A stretch of DNA of 64,000 bases from Octopus sinensis (GCF_006345805.1 NC_043000.1:13702001-13766000); one strand, 5' to 3'. Shown: positions 1-12,618, numbered from the stretch's first letter. Notes: generated by a model from the sequence alone, not told the origin. Made by a program: numbers and translations.

Positions 1-965
1 ATTTTCTCTGATGACTCTTGACCAAGGTGCTACACTGAGGGACTGAACCAGAGACCACCTAGTTGGAAAGCAAACTTAACTATACAGTCACACCTGTGCC
101 TATTGTTCTTTGAAATTCATTTTGGTAATTGCAAGAAGCTTGAGATTTAGGGTGTAAATGAGAAAAACATATCCTGACATGGGGTTGGAGTACTTTGCAA
201 TGCATGCATATATGTGTGGTTTTGTGTTACTGTCTCCTTGCTTTGACTTCACTTGATTGTTGTAAATGTGTGTCACTTGCCTTCCAATCAACATTTTTCA
301 TTTCTGGTCTTCTGTGAAAAACATCTGGTCATGGGAAAATATTTATTACCTTACTTGGAAACAAGTAGAGGGTTGGTTGCAAGAAGGGCATCTAGTCATA
401 ATAAACCCATCTCAATAAATGCATGGGAAAGTGAACACTGAAATGATGTGATGATGATGATGATGATGATTATGATGATGATGATGACAACTACAACAAT
501 AAAAGTATGGATGGCACACCAAACTCTCTCTTGTGCTGTAAGTTGTTTATGACAAAATTTTTGGCAGCTCTGTTCCATCAACTGCAACTATTCTGAAAAT
601 TTTCTTTTAGATTACTTCAATTGGTTAAATATGTTTTTTGAAGCATTCATTCAGAATAAGCAGGTGTACCACCATAATACTTGAGATTCAGGTTTTGTAG
701 ATAGTGGCTCTGTTTTTTGTTTTTTTGTATTCAACTTGTATGCAATTTTGCAAAGTACTCCAACCCCATGTTAGGATATGTTTTTCTCATACCATCTTTT
801 GTTCGTGTTTACACCCTAAATCTCAAGCTTCTTGCAATTACCAAAATGAATTTCAAAGAACAATAGGCACAGGTGTGACTGTATAGTTAAGTTTGCTTTC
901 CAACTAGGTGGTCTCTGGTTCAGTCCCTCAGTGTAGCACCTTGGTCAAGAGTCATCAGAGAAAAT
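1..965. repeat. Near-perfect inverted duplication (arms 1-200 and 748-965)
   Basis: Reverse complement of 1-157 matches 809-965 base for base; 158-200 matches 748-790 with 1 mismatch; an ~18-bp extra segment at 791-808. Arm includes a SINE head plus unique flank; may extend left of the window. Confidence 0.9.
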
Positions 966-2292
966 TTGTCTCAATAAATTTCATTGAACCACGCAAGCAT
1001 GGAAAATGGATGTTAAATGATGATGACAATGATGATGATGATGGTGGTGGTGGTGGTGGTGGTGGTGGTGGTGATGAAGGGCTTCTTTTCCATAAAAAAA
1101 ATTATTTTGTACTTTGATGACTCAAATATATCCACCTTAATTTATTGACCCTGAAGAGATAAAAGGCAAAGTTGACCTCAGTGGGAGTTGAACTCAGAAC
1201 ATACGGAGCCAGAAGAAATGCTACTAAGTATTTTGCCTAATGCGCATACAATTCTACTAGCTCACCACCTTATGAACTGACACACAGCTTGTTAATTCAT
1301 TTCAGAAGAAACCAATGCAACAATAAAAAAAATAATGCATTACTGACTAAAGATTCACAAAATGCAGTCTAGACTATCTGCATATGCAGCAGCTCCTCTG
1401 TACAAGATATATCAGTTGTAAATTAGTGTGGAGCACACTTGTATGTTCTGTTGGATCAGCAGCTGCTCAGAGATGAAGTAATTTATTTTATTCCATGAAG
1501 AATACATTGAGTCTTTGTCGTCGTCGTCGTCATTGTCATCATCATCATCATCGTCGTTTTAAATCCATTTTTCCATGCATGGAATTTGTTGAGGAAGAAT
1601 TACTATGGCTGGATGCCATTCCTGTCACCAACCCTCACCTGTTTCAAAGTAAGGTAATATTTCCTATCACCAGACATGTTACCATGAAAGATTGGAAACT
1701 TAAGACACTGCAAGTATGACAGTGACTCTCATTTACGATTATCATGCATTGTCAAAGAAAGAAGACACTTACAGACACACACAAACGTACAGCTACATGA
1801 AAGATGGCCCTCTTTCAGTTTCCATCTATCAAATCTATTCACAAGGCTTTGGTCTTTTGAAGACAACAAAAAAACATTTGTCTAAAGTGCCATGCAGTAG
1901 GACTGAACCTGAAACTGTGTGTTTGGGAAGCAAACTTCTAACCACACAGCCACACATTGTTATAGACATGTGGTTACTCTGAGTTCACTGAAACTCTGAG
2001 CTTAGGCATTTTTTAAAGTTCCTGAGTTGTTTCACTTTCTTTTTTTTTTTTTTTTTTACTTGTTTCAGTCTTTGGATTGTGGCCATGCTGGGGCACCATT
2101 TTGAATTACATACTCTATCAAGCAATCTCAAAACTTATTTTAAATCTTGTACTTTTTTTTTATCAGTCTCTTTTTGTTGAACTGCTGGACTATGGAGAAA
2201 TAGACAAGCCAACAATGATTGGTCACTCAAGGAGAATCAAACACGAAAAAGCATACACACACATATAAATACCTGCATGCATGTGTGTGTGT

Positions 2293-2332
<40 letters not shown>

Positions 2333-2856
2333 CTGTGTGTATGTTTATGTATACAAGAGTTAAGGAATAGAGTAGATAAGATCCGGGCTATATATGTTTC
2401 ATAGTGAGTAGAACCTCGGAAGTGGTAAAATATCCAAGCAAGGAGTACACTGCAGGCTACTCGTGAGGCCAAGAGTATCTTGACTGAATGAAAGCTTACA
2501 TTGTCACAAGGAGGTACATACTGACACATGGAAGATACGAGGTTCTGCTTGCTATGAGACATATGTAGCCCGGATCTTATCTACTCCATTCCTTAACTCA
2601 TGTATCTTTATTAGCATACCCAGCAAACCCTGGTTGCCTACCATGAAATATAAAAAGAACTTTTTGCAGTTTATTGTACTTCGATACGAAGAAATCCACA
2701 AACTTCCATGTCAATAAACCACTCTTCCACTCTTGTACCAGAAAGTTGTTTTGTATATTTACTACAGATTGCTTGAAGCTAACTTTCTTCCTACACCTAC
2801 ATGTATGTATGTGTGTATGTATGAATGTATGTGTGTATGTATGAATGTATGTATGT

Positions 2857-2857
<1 letters not shown>

Positions 2858-2889
<32 letters not shown>

Positions 2890-3138
2890 GTTAACGTCCG
2901 TTCTCCATGCTAGCATGGATTGGACGGTTCGACCAGGGATCTGGGAAGCCAGAAGGCTGCACCAGGCTCTGGTCTAATCTGGCAAAGTTTCTACAGCTGG
3001 ATGCCCTTCCTAACGCCAACCACTCTGAGAGTGTAGTGGGTGCTTTTTACGTGCCACCTGCACTGGTGCCAGGCGAGGCTGGCATTGGCCATGGTCGGAT
3101 TGGTGCATTTTACGTGCCACCTGCACAGAAGCCAGTTG
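2858..3138 (-). mobile_element. 5'-truncated RTE LINE 3' end (UTR + (GAT)n tail)
   Basis: Same terminal sequence as the RTE at 3161-6713 (AACCCATGCTAGCATGGARA.CGGACGTTAA.GATGAT on minus); flanked by (TATG)n. Confidence 0.85.
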
Positions 3139-3160
3139 ATGTATGTATATATATGTATGT

Positions 3161-6100
3161 ATCATCATCATCATCATCATCATTTAACGTCCGCTTTCCA
3201 TGCTAGCATGGGTTGGACGGTTCAACTGGGGTCTGGGGAGCCCGAAAGCTGCACCAGTCCAGTCAGATCTGGCAGTGTTTCTACAGCTGGATGCCCTTCC
3301 TAACGCCAACCACTCCGAGAGTGTAGTGGGTGATTTTATGTGCCACCGACACAGGTGCCAGACGAGGCTGACAAACGGCCACGCTCGGATGGTGTTTTTT
3401 ATGTGCCACCGACACAGGTGCCAGACGAGGCTGGCAGACGGCCACGCTCGGATGGTGTTTTTTATGTGCCACCGACACAGGTGCCGACGAGGCTGGCAGA
3501 CGGCCACGCTCGGATGGTGTTTTTATGTGCCACCGACACAGGTGCCAGACGAGGCTGGCAGACGGCCACGCTCGGATGGTGTTTTTATATGTGCCACCGA
3601 CACAGGTGCCAGATGAGGCTGCAAACGGCCACGATCGGATGGTGCTTGTTACGTGCCCACAGCACGGAGGCCAGTCGATGCGGTACTGGCTATGGCCACG
3701 TTCGGATGGTTTTCTTATGTGCCACGTGCCACGGCACTGGTACCACAAAGATCAAATTCCATTGATGTTCATCTATTTTGATTTGTTTTGATTTGATTTT
3801 CACTTGCCTCAACAGGTCTTCACAAGTGTCACAAGAAGGAAGGTATGCACAGGTGGACTGACTACGTCCCAGGTAGGGGCCATGGGTTATGGCCTGACTA
3901 GTCTTGCCGGGTCTTCGGATGGTGTTTTTATGTGCCACCACCGACACAGTGCTAGATGAGGCTGGCGAACGGCCACGATCGGATGGTGTTTGTCATGTGC
4001 CCACAGAACGGAGGCCAGTCGATGCGGTACTGGCTACGGCCACTTTCGGATGGTTTTCTCTTGTGTGCCACCGGCACTGGTACCACAAAGATACAAATTC
4101 CATTGATGTTCATCTATTTTGATTTGTTTTGATTTGATTTTCACTTGCCTCAACAGGCCTTCACAAGTATCACAAGGAGGAAGGTATGCACAGGTGGACT
4201 GACTACGTCCCAGGTAGGGGCCATGGTTTATGGCCTGACTAGTCTTGCCGGGTCTTCGGAAGGTGTTTTTATGTGCCACCGACACAGGTGCTAGATGAGG
4301 CTGGCGAACGGCCACGACCGGATGGTGTTTGTTATGTGCCCACAGCACGATGGCCAGTGATGCGGTACTGACTACGGCCCTGTTCGGATGGATTCTTGTG
4401 TGCCACCGGCACTGGTACCACAAGCGGTACTGACTACTTTTTATGTGCCACCGACACAGGTGCTAGATGAGGCTGGCGAACGGCCACGACCGGATGGTGG
4501 TTTGTTATGTGCCCACAGCACGATGGCCAGTGATGCGGTACTGACTACGGCCACGTTCGGATGGATTCTTGTGTGCCACCGGCACTGGTACCACAAGCGG
4601 TACTGACTACGGCCACGCTCGGATGGATTCTTGTGTGCCACTGGCACTGGTACCACAAGGATACAATTCCATTGATGTTCATCTATTTTGATTTGTTTTG
4701 ATTTGATTTGATTTTGATTTTCACTTGCCTCAGCAGGTCTTCACAAGTCGGAAGGTATGTACAGGTGGACTGACTACGTCCCAGGTAGGGCCCACGGGTT
4801 ATGACCTGACTAGTCTTGCCGGGTCTTCGGATGGTGTTTTTATGTGCCACCATGTTCCCACAGCACGGAGGCCAGTCGGTGCGGTACTGGCTACGGCCAC
4901 GTTCGGATGGTTTTCTTGTGTGCCACAGGCACTGGTACCACAAGATACAAATTCCATTGATGTTCATCTATTTTGATTGATTTTCACTTGCCTCAGCAGG
5001 TCTTCACAAGTGTCACAAGAAGGAAGGTATGCACAGGTGGATCGACTACGTCCCAGGTAGGGGCCACGGGATATGGCCTGACTAGTCCTGCCGGGTCCTC
5101 TCATGCACAGCACACTTCCATAGGACTCGGTCTTCAGTCATTTCCTTGGTGAGGCCTAAAGTTCGAAGGTCGTGCTTCACCACCTCGTCCCAGGTTTTCC
5201 TGGGTCTACCTCTTCCACAGGTTCCCTCAACTGCTAGGTTGTAGCACTTTTGCACACAACTATCTTCAGCCATTCTCGTCACATGACCATACCAGCGCAG
5301 CCGTCTCTCTTGCACACCACAACTGACACTTCTTAGGTTCAACTTTTCTCTCAAAGTACTTACACTCTGACGATTATGAACACTGACATTACACATCCAT
5401 CGGAGCATACTGGCTTCATTTCTTGCAAGCTTACGCATATCCTCAGCTGTCACGGCCCATGTTTCACTACCATGTAGCATGGCTGTACGTACACACGCAT
5501 CATATAGTCTGCCTTTTACTCTTAGCGAGAGACCTTTTGTCACCAGCAGGGGTAAGAGCTCTCTAAACTTTGCCCAGGCTATTCTTACTCTAGCAGTTAC
5601 ACTTTCAGCACACCCACCCCCGCTACTGACTTGGTCTCCTAGGTAGCGGAAGCTATCAACTACTTCTAGTTTGTCTCCCTGGAACGTGGTAGAAGTTGGA
5701 CTCTGCACATTTCCAGTGTTTATTTCTCCTGAGCATCTGCCACAGACAAAAACTATTTTCTTAGTTAGCCTTCCTTGACATTGCTGCACCTCTTATGTAT
5801 CCATAGCTTACACTTGGTGCACCTTATAGAGTTTAACCTACACCTTTTTTACAGATCGAGCAGGGCCATCTACCTGAAGTCGTTTGTGGTTGGTCCACCT
5901 TCCTACTTATTAGGACTTTGGTTTGGCTAGGTTGATTCTAAGGCCTTCGATTCTAATCCTTGTTTCCACACCTGAAACTTCTCCTCCAGTTCTGATAGTG
6001 ACTCAGCAATTAGAGCAAGGTCATCAGCATATAGGAGCTCCCAGGGGCATCCTGTCTTAAATTCTTCCGTTATTGCCTGGAGGACTATGATAAATAGGAG

Positions 6101-6713
6101 GGGGCTGAGGACTGAACCTTGGTGGACCCCAACCTCTACCCGGAATTCTTCACTGTACTCGTTGCCAACCCTCACCTTACTAGCTGCGTCTCTGTACATG
6201 GCTCGCACAGCTCTCACTAACCATTCATCTATCCCTAGTTTCCTCATTGACCACCAGATAAGGGATCGGGGGACCCTGTCAAAGGCTTTCTCTAAGTCAA
6301 CAAAAGCCAGGTACAAGGGCTTACCTTTGGCTAGGTATTTCTCCTGCAGCTGTCTTACCAGGAATATAGCATCAGTAGTACTTTTCCCTGGCACGAACCC
6401 AAACTGCATATCATCTAAGCTAACTCTCTCTCTAATTAACTGGGCTATAGCCCTCTCCGTAACCTTCATTACCTGATCCAACAGCTTGATGCCCCTGTAG
6501 TTATTTGTATCTAGGGCATCGCCTTTACCTTTGTAGCAGTTGACTATTATGCTGCTACACCAGTCATTGGGTATGACTCCTTCGTGTATCACCTGGTTAA
6601 CTATACGGGTAACTATGCTATAGCCAACACTACCAGATATTTTGAGCATCTCTGCAGTAATTCCTGATGGGCCTGGGGCTTTCCCTGTCTTCATGCTTCT
6701 AATTGCCTTAGCT
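3161..6713 (-). mobile_element. RTE-clade non-LTR retrotransposon, 5'-truncated: RT ORF end, ~1.9-kb 3' UTR, (GAT)n tail
   Basis: ORFs 5927-6713 and 5082-5789 give RT motifs (KAPGPSG, YRGIKLL, QFGF, DLEKAFD, GVHQGSVLSPLLF, YADD, FRYLG, RLRWYGHV, GRPRKTW); (CAT)n on plus at 3161-3184; 5' end abuts (TATG)n at 6714-6880. Confidence 0.95.
5082..6713 (-). pseudogene. RTE reverse transcriptase ORF, broken by four 1-bp deletions at ~5790-5945
   Basis: Continuous RT homology across frames; YADD near 6025; stop TAG at 5082-5084. Confidence 0.92.
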
Positions 6714-6959
6714 GTGTGTATGTATGTACGGATGTATGTATGATGTATGCATGTATGTATATATATGGATGTATGCATGTATGGATGGAAGTATGATGTA
6801 TATATGTATGTATGGATGGATGGATGTATGATGTACATACGTACATATGTACATGTATGTATGTACCTATATACATACATGCTGTGAAGTTAAGAACCTT
6901 GCTCCTCAACCCTGTAGACTTGCAATGAATCCCATTGTGCACCACCTTGGACATATGTA

Positions 6960-7311
6960 TTCTGAGTTCCTTTCGAGCATTGGGCCTAATGAAGGCAAAG
7001 TGGCTGAGTTCCCTTCGAGTGTTGGGCCTCGCGAAGGCAATGACCTAGACCTTTTGCATTGTGTCGTGCTTGAGAAGAAAACCCATCAAGCCGAGCAAAA
7101 TCGCAGTCATGGCAGATACTAGTGTCACGTAAATGGCACCTGTGGCAGTGGCATGTAAAAGCACCCATTACACTCTCAGAGTGGCTGGCATTAGGAAGGG
7201 CATCCAGTTGTAGAAAACCATGCCAAATCAGACTGGAGCTTGGCACAGCCTTTTAGCGTGCCAGCCCAGTCAAACTGTCTAACCCATGCCAGCATGGACA
7301 ACAGCTGTTAA

Positions 7312-7385
<74 letters not shown>

Positions 7386-7390
7386 GATCT
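6960..7390 (+). mobile_element. Older RTE-related 3' end with long (GAT)n tail
   Basis: Shares GGAAGGGCATCCAG...AACCCATGCCAGCATGG terminal motif; (GAT)n 7312-7388. Confidence 0.7.
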
Positions 7391-7625
7391 GGTGTACTTT
7401 TTCATCAGGTACATATGACATTTTAGTTGAAAATAGTCTTCTATAATGGAGAATGCAAAAGAAGGCAAGGCTAACAGCATCATAAAAGCGAGTGTAGAGA
7501 TGGGAATCGGTGAAAAAACTAGATAACTCATTAGGAGACTTATACACAGATTTCACAACACATTCCTCTACCACAAACTCTAGTTCCTATTAAACAATTT
7601 CTGTCACTCCTTAAACATACATACG

Positions 7626-7699
<74 letters not shown>

Positions 7700-7789
7700 G
7701 TGTGTGTGTGTGTGTGTGGTGTGTGTGTGTGTGCATCTGCATGTGGGTGCGCACTTTTTTCTGCATATGAATTTATGCCTCTATAACTA

Positions 7790-9299
7790 CAAAGTGCATT
7801 CCAGAAGTTTTCGGACATTTTCAGGAGAGACATTTATTAATTTCAAAGTACAAAACTCTAATCTTCTTCAGAGTAGGATCCTGACTTCAATGCGCTTCAG
7901 TGCTCCAGCCATTCATGAAGGCCTCATGGAAGTCCTCCAGAGGAAAGATATTAAGGACCCTTATCACAACCTCCTTCATCTTCATAATAACTATCCTTAA
8001 GGTTTTCCTTCAGCTTGGAGAACAACCAAAAGTCACATGGAGCAAAGTCTGACCTGTAGGGAGAGTGAAGTGCAGTTTTGTCGAGTAGTTGGTTACTGGA
8101 ATGGAATTGTGGACTAGTGTATTGTCCTGGTGCAGGTGACAGCAATCTTAGTGTGAGAGCTTTGGCTATTGCATCAAATTCTCTTCCTGAACTTCCTCAA
8201 AATCCTCATAAATTACTCATTGTTAGCCATCTGGTCAAGTAAAATCCAGTGGATATAGATGACACCCTTACTGCTGAAAAAGGGGATCATTATGAGCTTC
8301 CCATTGAATTTGCTTTACCTGGCCTTCATCAGTTTGGGGGAGCCAGGATGCTTCCATTCGGCACTGTCTCTTGGTCTTTGGATCATAACAGTAGATCCAG
8401 CTTTCATCACAGCTCACCAGAGACTCAAGTATACTTGTATGTAATGATTTCAACAATCTTCTCACTGTCATCATCGTGCCTTTCCTTCTGTTCCTCACTG
8501 AGCAATCCTGGGAACAAACCTTGCATAAATTTTGCACACGTTCAGATCTTCATGAATAATTCTGTGTACTGTTGCCATACCAATTCCAAACTGTATGCTT
8601 ATTATCTTTATAGACACACAGTGGCCTTCATCCAGGAAAATGTGAATTTTCTCAACCAGCTCTGATGTCCATTTCTCTCCTACTGCTCTCATCATCTCTC
8701 ACCTCCTCTCTACCATCCTTGAACCTCTTCTGGCAGTGAAAAGCAGATGCTCAACTCATATTAGTCAACCCATAAGCAGTCTGAAGTATTCTGTAAGTTT
8801 CTGTAACATTTTTACTCAGTTTAACCCTTTAGTATTTAAACCGGCCATATCCGGCCAAAATAGCTAATCTGTTTTATGTTCAAACTGACCAGATCCAGGC
8901 TCTCACACCTACCCTACAATGTTATTCTACATTAAGTGATTACACCATCAAGATTATGAAGATATGAGATAATGCATGATTAATTCAAATCAATGGGAAT
9001 CAATAGGTATTATGTTTGATTCAATAATCTGAACACTAAAGGGTTAACACAGAAATTAATTGCTTAGTGAGCTTCCAAATTGTCTTCACATCGCGAATGC
9101 ATTCCGCAAACCAAGTAGTGTTTAGTAGGGTATGTTCAAAGTGTCGTTAGAGATATCTCCTTTAATATGGAATAAAAAAATAACGCTTGGCAGGTCAGCT
9201 TATTAGATGTATAACAGTGATATACTAAAATTACAATAATCTAGATCAGTTATAATTGCCCCTCCTAAAAAAGTTTCAATACTTCAGAAACACACCTCG
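7790..9299 (-). mobile_element. Decayed full-length mariner (Tc1/mariner) transposon
   Basis: Minus-strand fragments INFCVKLSKNVTETYRILQTAYG, HTH region ending RFVPR, CDESWIYCYDP, HQDN, HSPYRSDFAPCDFWLF; imperfect TIRs with flanking TA at 7788-89 and 9300-01; ~1.29 kb after removing the nested MITE. Confidence 0.88.
8825..9043. mobile_element. piggyBac-type MITE inserted in the mariner transposase
   Basis: TTAA on both sides (8821-24, 9044-47); termini CCCTTTAGT...ACTAAAGGG; removing it restores the mariner frame (FCV|KLSK). Confidence 0.88.
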
Positions 9300-9642
9300 T
9301 AAACATGTAACTTTGTCCACCTGTCTTCTTTCAGCATTTTTGTCACATGATTTCTTATTTTTGCCATTACATTTAATTAACTTCCAGCATACATCTGCAT
9401 GCATGTATGTTTTGTGTGTGTTTACAAATATACTTGATATTATATCTTTCTTTCAATATTGTACAAGGTATACATTTGCAAACAGTTTCTTCTAAGTGTG
9501 TATGTGCTTATGTTTGTATTTTATTCTTTTATTTTAATATATGCATTATGTGTACATAAGATACATATTCATGTATTTGGCATGTGTACATCTAAGAACA
9601 TATATATATGCATATATGTATCTATCTATATGTGTGTGTATG

Positions 9643-9823
9643 TAAAAAGCACCCACTACACTCACGGAGTGGTTGGCATTAGGAAGGGCATCCAGCCGTA
9701 GAAACACTGCCAGATCAGACTGGGCCTGATGCAGCCTTCTGGCTTCACAGACCCCAGTTGAACCATCCAACCCATGCTAGCATGGAAAGCGGACGCTAAA
9801 TGGTGATGATGATGATGATGATG
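9643..9823 (+). mobile_element. RTE 3'-end fragment
   Basis: High similarity to the terminus of the 3161-6713 element; (GAT)n tail running into (TA)n. Confidence 0.85.
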
Positions 9824-10250
9824 ATATATATATATATATATATGACTCAGGTAGTGCACGCCCGTATCCCTCTATGGAGGAAAAAGCTTAAACAATAATA
9901 TTTACACTTGGTAATAATAATATATAAGAGTTACTTATAGGCACAAGAAATAAAATTACCAATAATATTGAACAGAGATATAAAAACCAGGGCACACACA
10001 TAGCTTAGAAAAATTGAATCAATCAACAGTTAAACATACACTGAACGCACATATACACATACCTTAACTGGAAAATCTCAACAACAAATGACAAGCCTAG
10101 TCTACTTGAATCTATTGCTGGGGGTTGGCCAACTAACATCTATTAGCAAAGTATCTCAAGTGAGCTTTTTTTTTTTTTTTTTTTTTTTGCTTTTTTTCAT
10201 CACTTGGATAAATAATTAATTTCATAATTTGAAACTGACTTATTGGAAGT

Positions 10251-10293
10251 CCACCTGAAGATTGTCGATCAAGACAAGAAACAATTGTAGTGG
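10251..10293 (+). ncRNA. Minimal type I hammerhead ribozyme motif in a (TA)n-adjacent repeat (probable Penelope pLTR remnant ~10190-10470)
   Basis: CCAC-CTGAAGA-TTGTC[GATCAA]GACAA-GAAA-C[AATT]G-TA-GTGG: intact core, 5-bp stem II, palindromic ACAATTGT stem III, GUA triplet, 4-bp stem I. Confidence 0.75.
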
Positions 10294-11287
10294 CGGTTTT
10301 TTTGACTATTTATTAAAATTTTATGTATTGATTAAGTCTTTCCTTGTTTGTTTTGCAAAATAGTGGTTTTGTCTCTAATAATATTTTATAATATTTTACT
10401 ATAAAATTGGATTTAATCCTAAATCTGATTTTTTCCTGTAAATTTGGATTTATTCCCTAATATTTATTATATATATATATATTATATATATAATAATATA
10501 TATATATATATACACACACACACTCTTTGGGTGCCTTATAATTTAACACATTCACCAGTAAAATTTCCACTTGTTTCTTTTTTATTTTTCTAAAATTTTC
10601 GTTGCATCTTGCAATCTTTTCAATAGTTTTGACTATATATATAGAGAGAGAGGTTATGAGAGGTAATGGTGAGGTGATGGTGTCAGTGAGACACAAAGGT
10701 GCCATTACGGAAAAAATTTATATATATATATATATATAACACAAAATGGGATAAGAACGCAAAACATCCGGACAGCTAGGTAATACAAAAAGGAACAACA
10801 AAACATCCAGATAGACGATACAAAGAAAACAAGGATGGGTCATTCGAAGTTTTCTTTCTTCAGTCAAGCACCAGATTATCCTCGCAATTTCAGCTGATTA
10901 TTCTTGAGATTGCTCCAATCTGGCCAGCCCCAAGGGAAAACTAAGCTAAGAGCATTAGATTCCTTGGAAGAAAGCAGCTAATGTATACAAAAACAAGGAT
11001 GGAAAAAAACGGACAATGTTACACAAATATATAAATACAATAAAAATAATAACAGGGCATAACAACAGGTGTACGTACACTTTGTTCTCTTATATAATAT
11101 ATATATATATATGTATTCCTTTCATCTCTTTCTGTAAATGAACATGGCTTGAAATGTCGATGACTTTTCAATTTTCTCTAATTGTCAAACTACTACATCT
11201 GCTTCTTGTTCTCACACCTGTCTCAGACTTTTGTCTTCTGTACATTTAAAGCACAAATATGTGTGTGTGTCTGTGTGAGTGTGTAAG

Positions 11288-11337
<50 letters not shown>

Positions 11338-11343
11338 TACATA

Positions 11344-12234
11344 CAGAATGCCATGAATAAACTGTCATCTAAATTGCACAAAAATGACATCTGTATACAA
11401 TAATTTCATTATATATTATATATTTACCAAAATTACATGAAAATATCTGAATATATTAAAGAGTAAATATATTCAATAAAATCGCCATTAGCTTCAACCA
11501 CAGCCTCCAGATGACTTTGGAATCTCCTGCAACTCTACTGGATGGTCTCCTTGTTTAAGTTGGTGAATGCTGCCATAATCCTTGCCTTCAGTTCATCGTT
11601 GGTATTACAAGGAGTTTTATTGGTCTCTCACTCAACTGCCCCCCACACATAATAATCAAGGGTCTTGCAGTCTGGAGACTTAGGTGGCCAGATGTTAGGA
11701 GTGATGTCATCACAGAAATTGTCTGATGGCTATGACTGGGTTCTCCTGCTTCTGTAGCATGGTGCAGAGTCCTGTTGCCAGACATAGTCTTCTAGCAGCC
11801 ACCCTCTTGACCCACAGCAGCACTATCTCCTCCAGGCACTTGATGTAGGCACCCATGTTGTGCCTGAGGCTGTGTGGGAAGATGAATGGAGGCATAACAT
11901 TGCCATCACTAGTATTCCCTCAAAACACCATAATGTTGACTGGATGTTTGATTTTTATCACTCTCAGTACATGATTTGGTGACACAGCAAGGCAACAGAT
12001 TGACATCCAAACACTCTGAAATGTTCATATCGGAGCTTCTGGCCTGAATGCCAAGCAGTACAGCATGTTGTTTCCAAATTTCTGGCAGAGTGAATTACAT
12101 CATGGTGCTCTTTTTCTCAGAGATGGTGTCCAACTGATCCTACTATTCTGTGTAGTCGACAAAATCAAAAACAAACAATGTATACGTGCAAAGTGAAAAT
12201 TATAAAATGGCAACAATTTACTCATCACTACCTG
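11344..12234 (-). mobile_element. Internally deleted maT (DD37D) Tc1/mariner element
   Basis: Minus strand reads HPVNIMVF...MPPFIFPH...YVWQQDSAPC...WPPKSPDCKTLDYYVWGAVE; 37 codons between 2nd and 3rd Asp; degenerate TIRs (TACAG...ATGA.TAAA.TGT) with TA on both sides. Confidence 0.85.
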
Positions 12235-12237
12235 TAT

Positions 12238-12412
12238 ATATGTGTGTGTGTGTGTGTGCATGTGTATGTATATATATGTATATATGTATGTATATATATA
12301 TATGTATGTATGTGTGTATATATATAATATATATGTATATATATGTATGATATATATATATATGTATATATATGTATGATATAATATATATATATATATG
12401 TATATATATGTA

Positions 12413-12450
<38 letters not shown>

Positions 12451-12454
12451 AATG

Positions 12455-12506
<52 letters not shown>

Positions 12507-12507
12507 A

Positions 12508-12545
<38 letters not shown>

Positions 12546-12587
12546 ACCCATGCTAGCATGGAAAACGGACGCTAAATGATGATGATG

Positions 12588-12618
<31 letters not shown>

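Noticed and set aside
3184-4976. Cluster of overlapping ORFs (CHRHRCQ repeats)
   Set aside because: Lie in the tandemly repeated RTE 3' UTR downstream of the RT stop codon.
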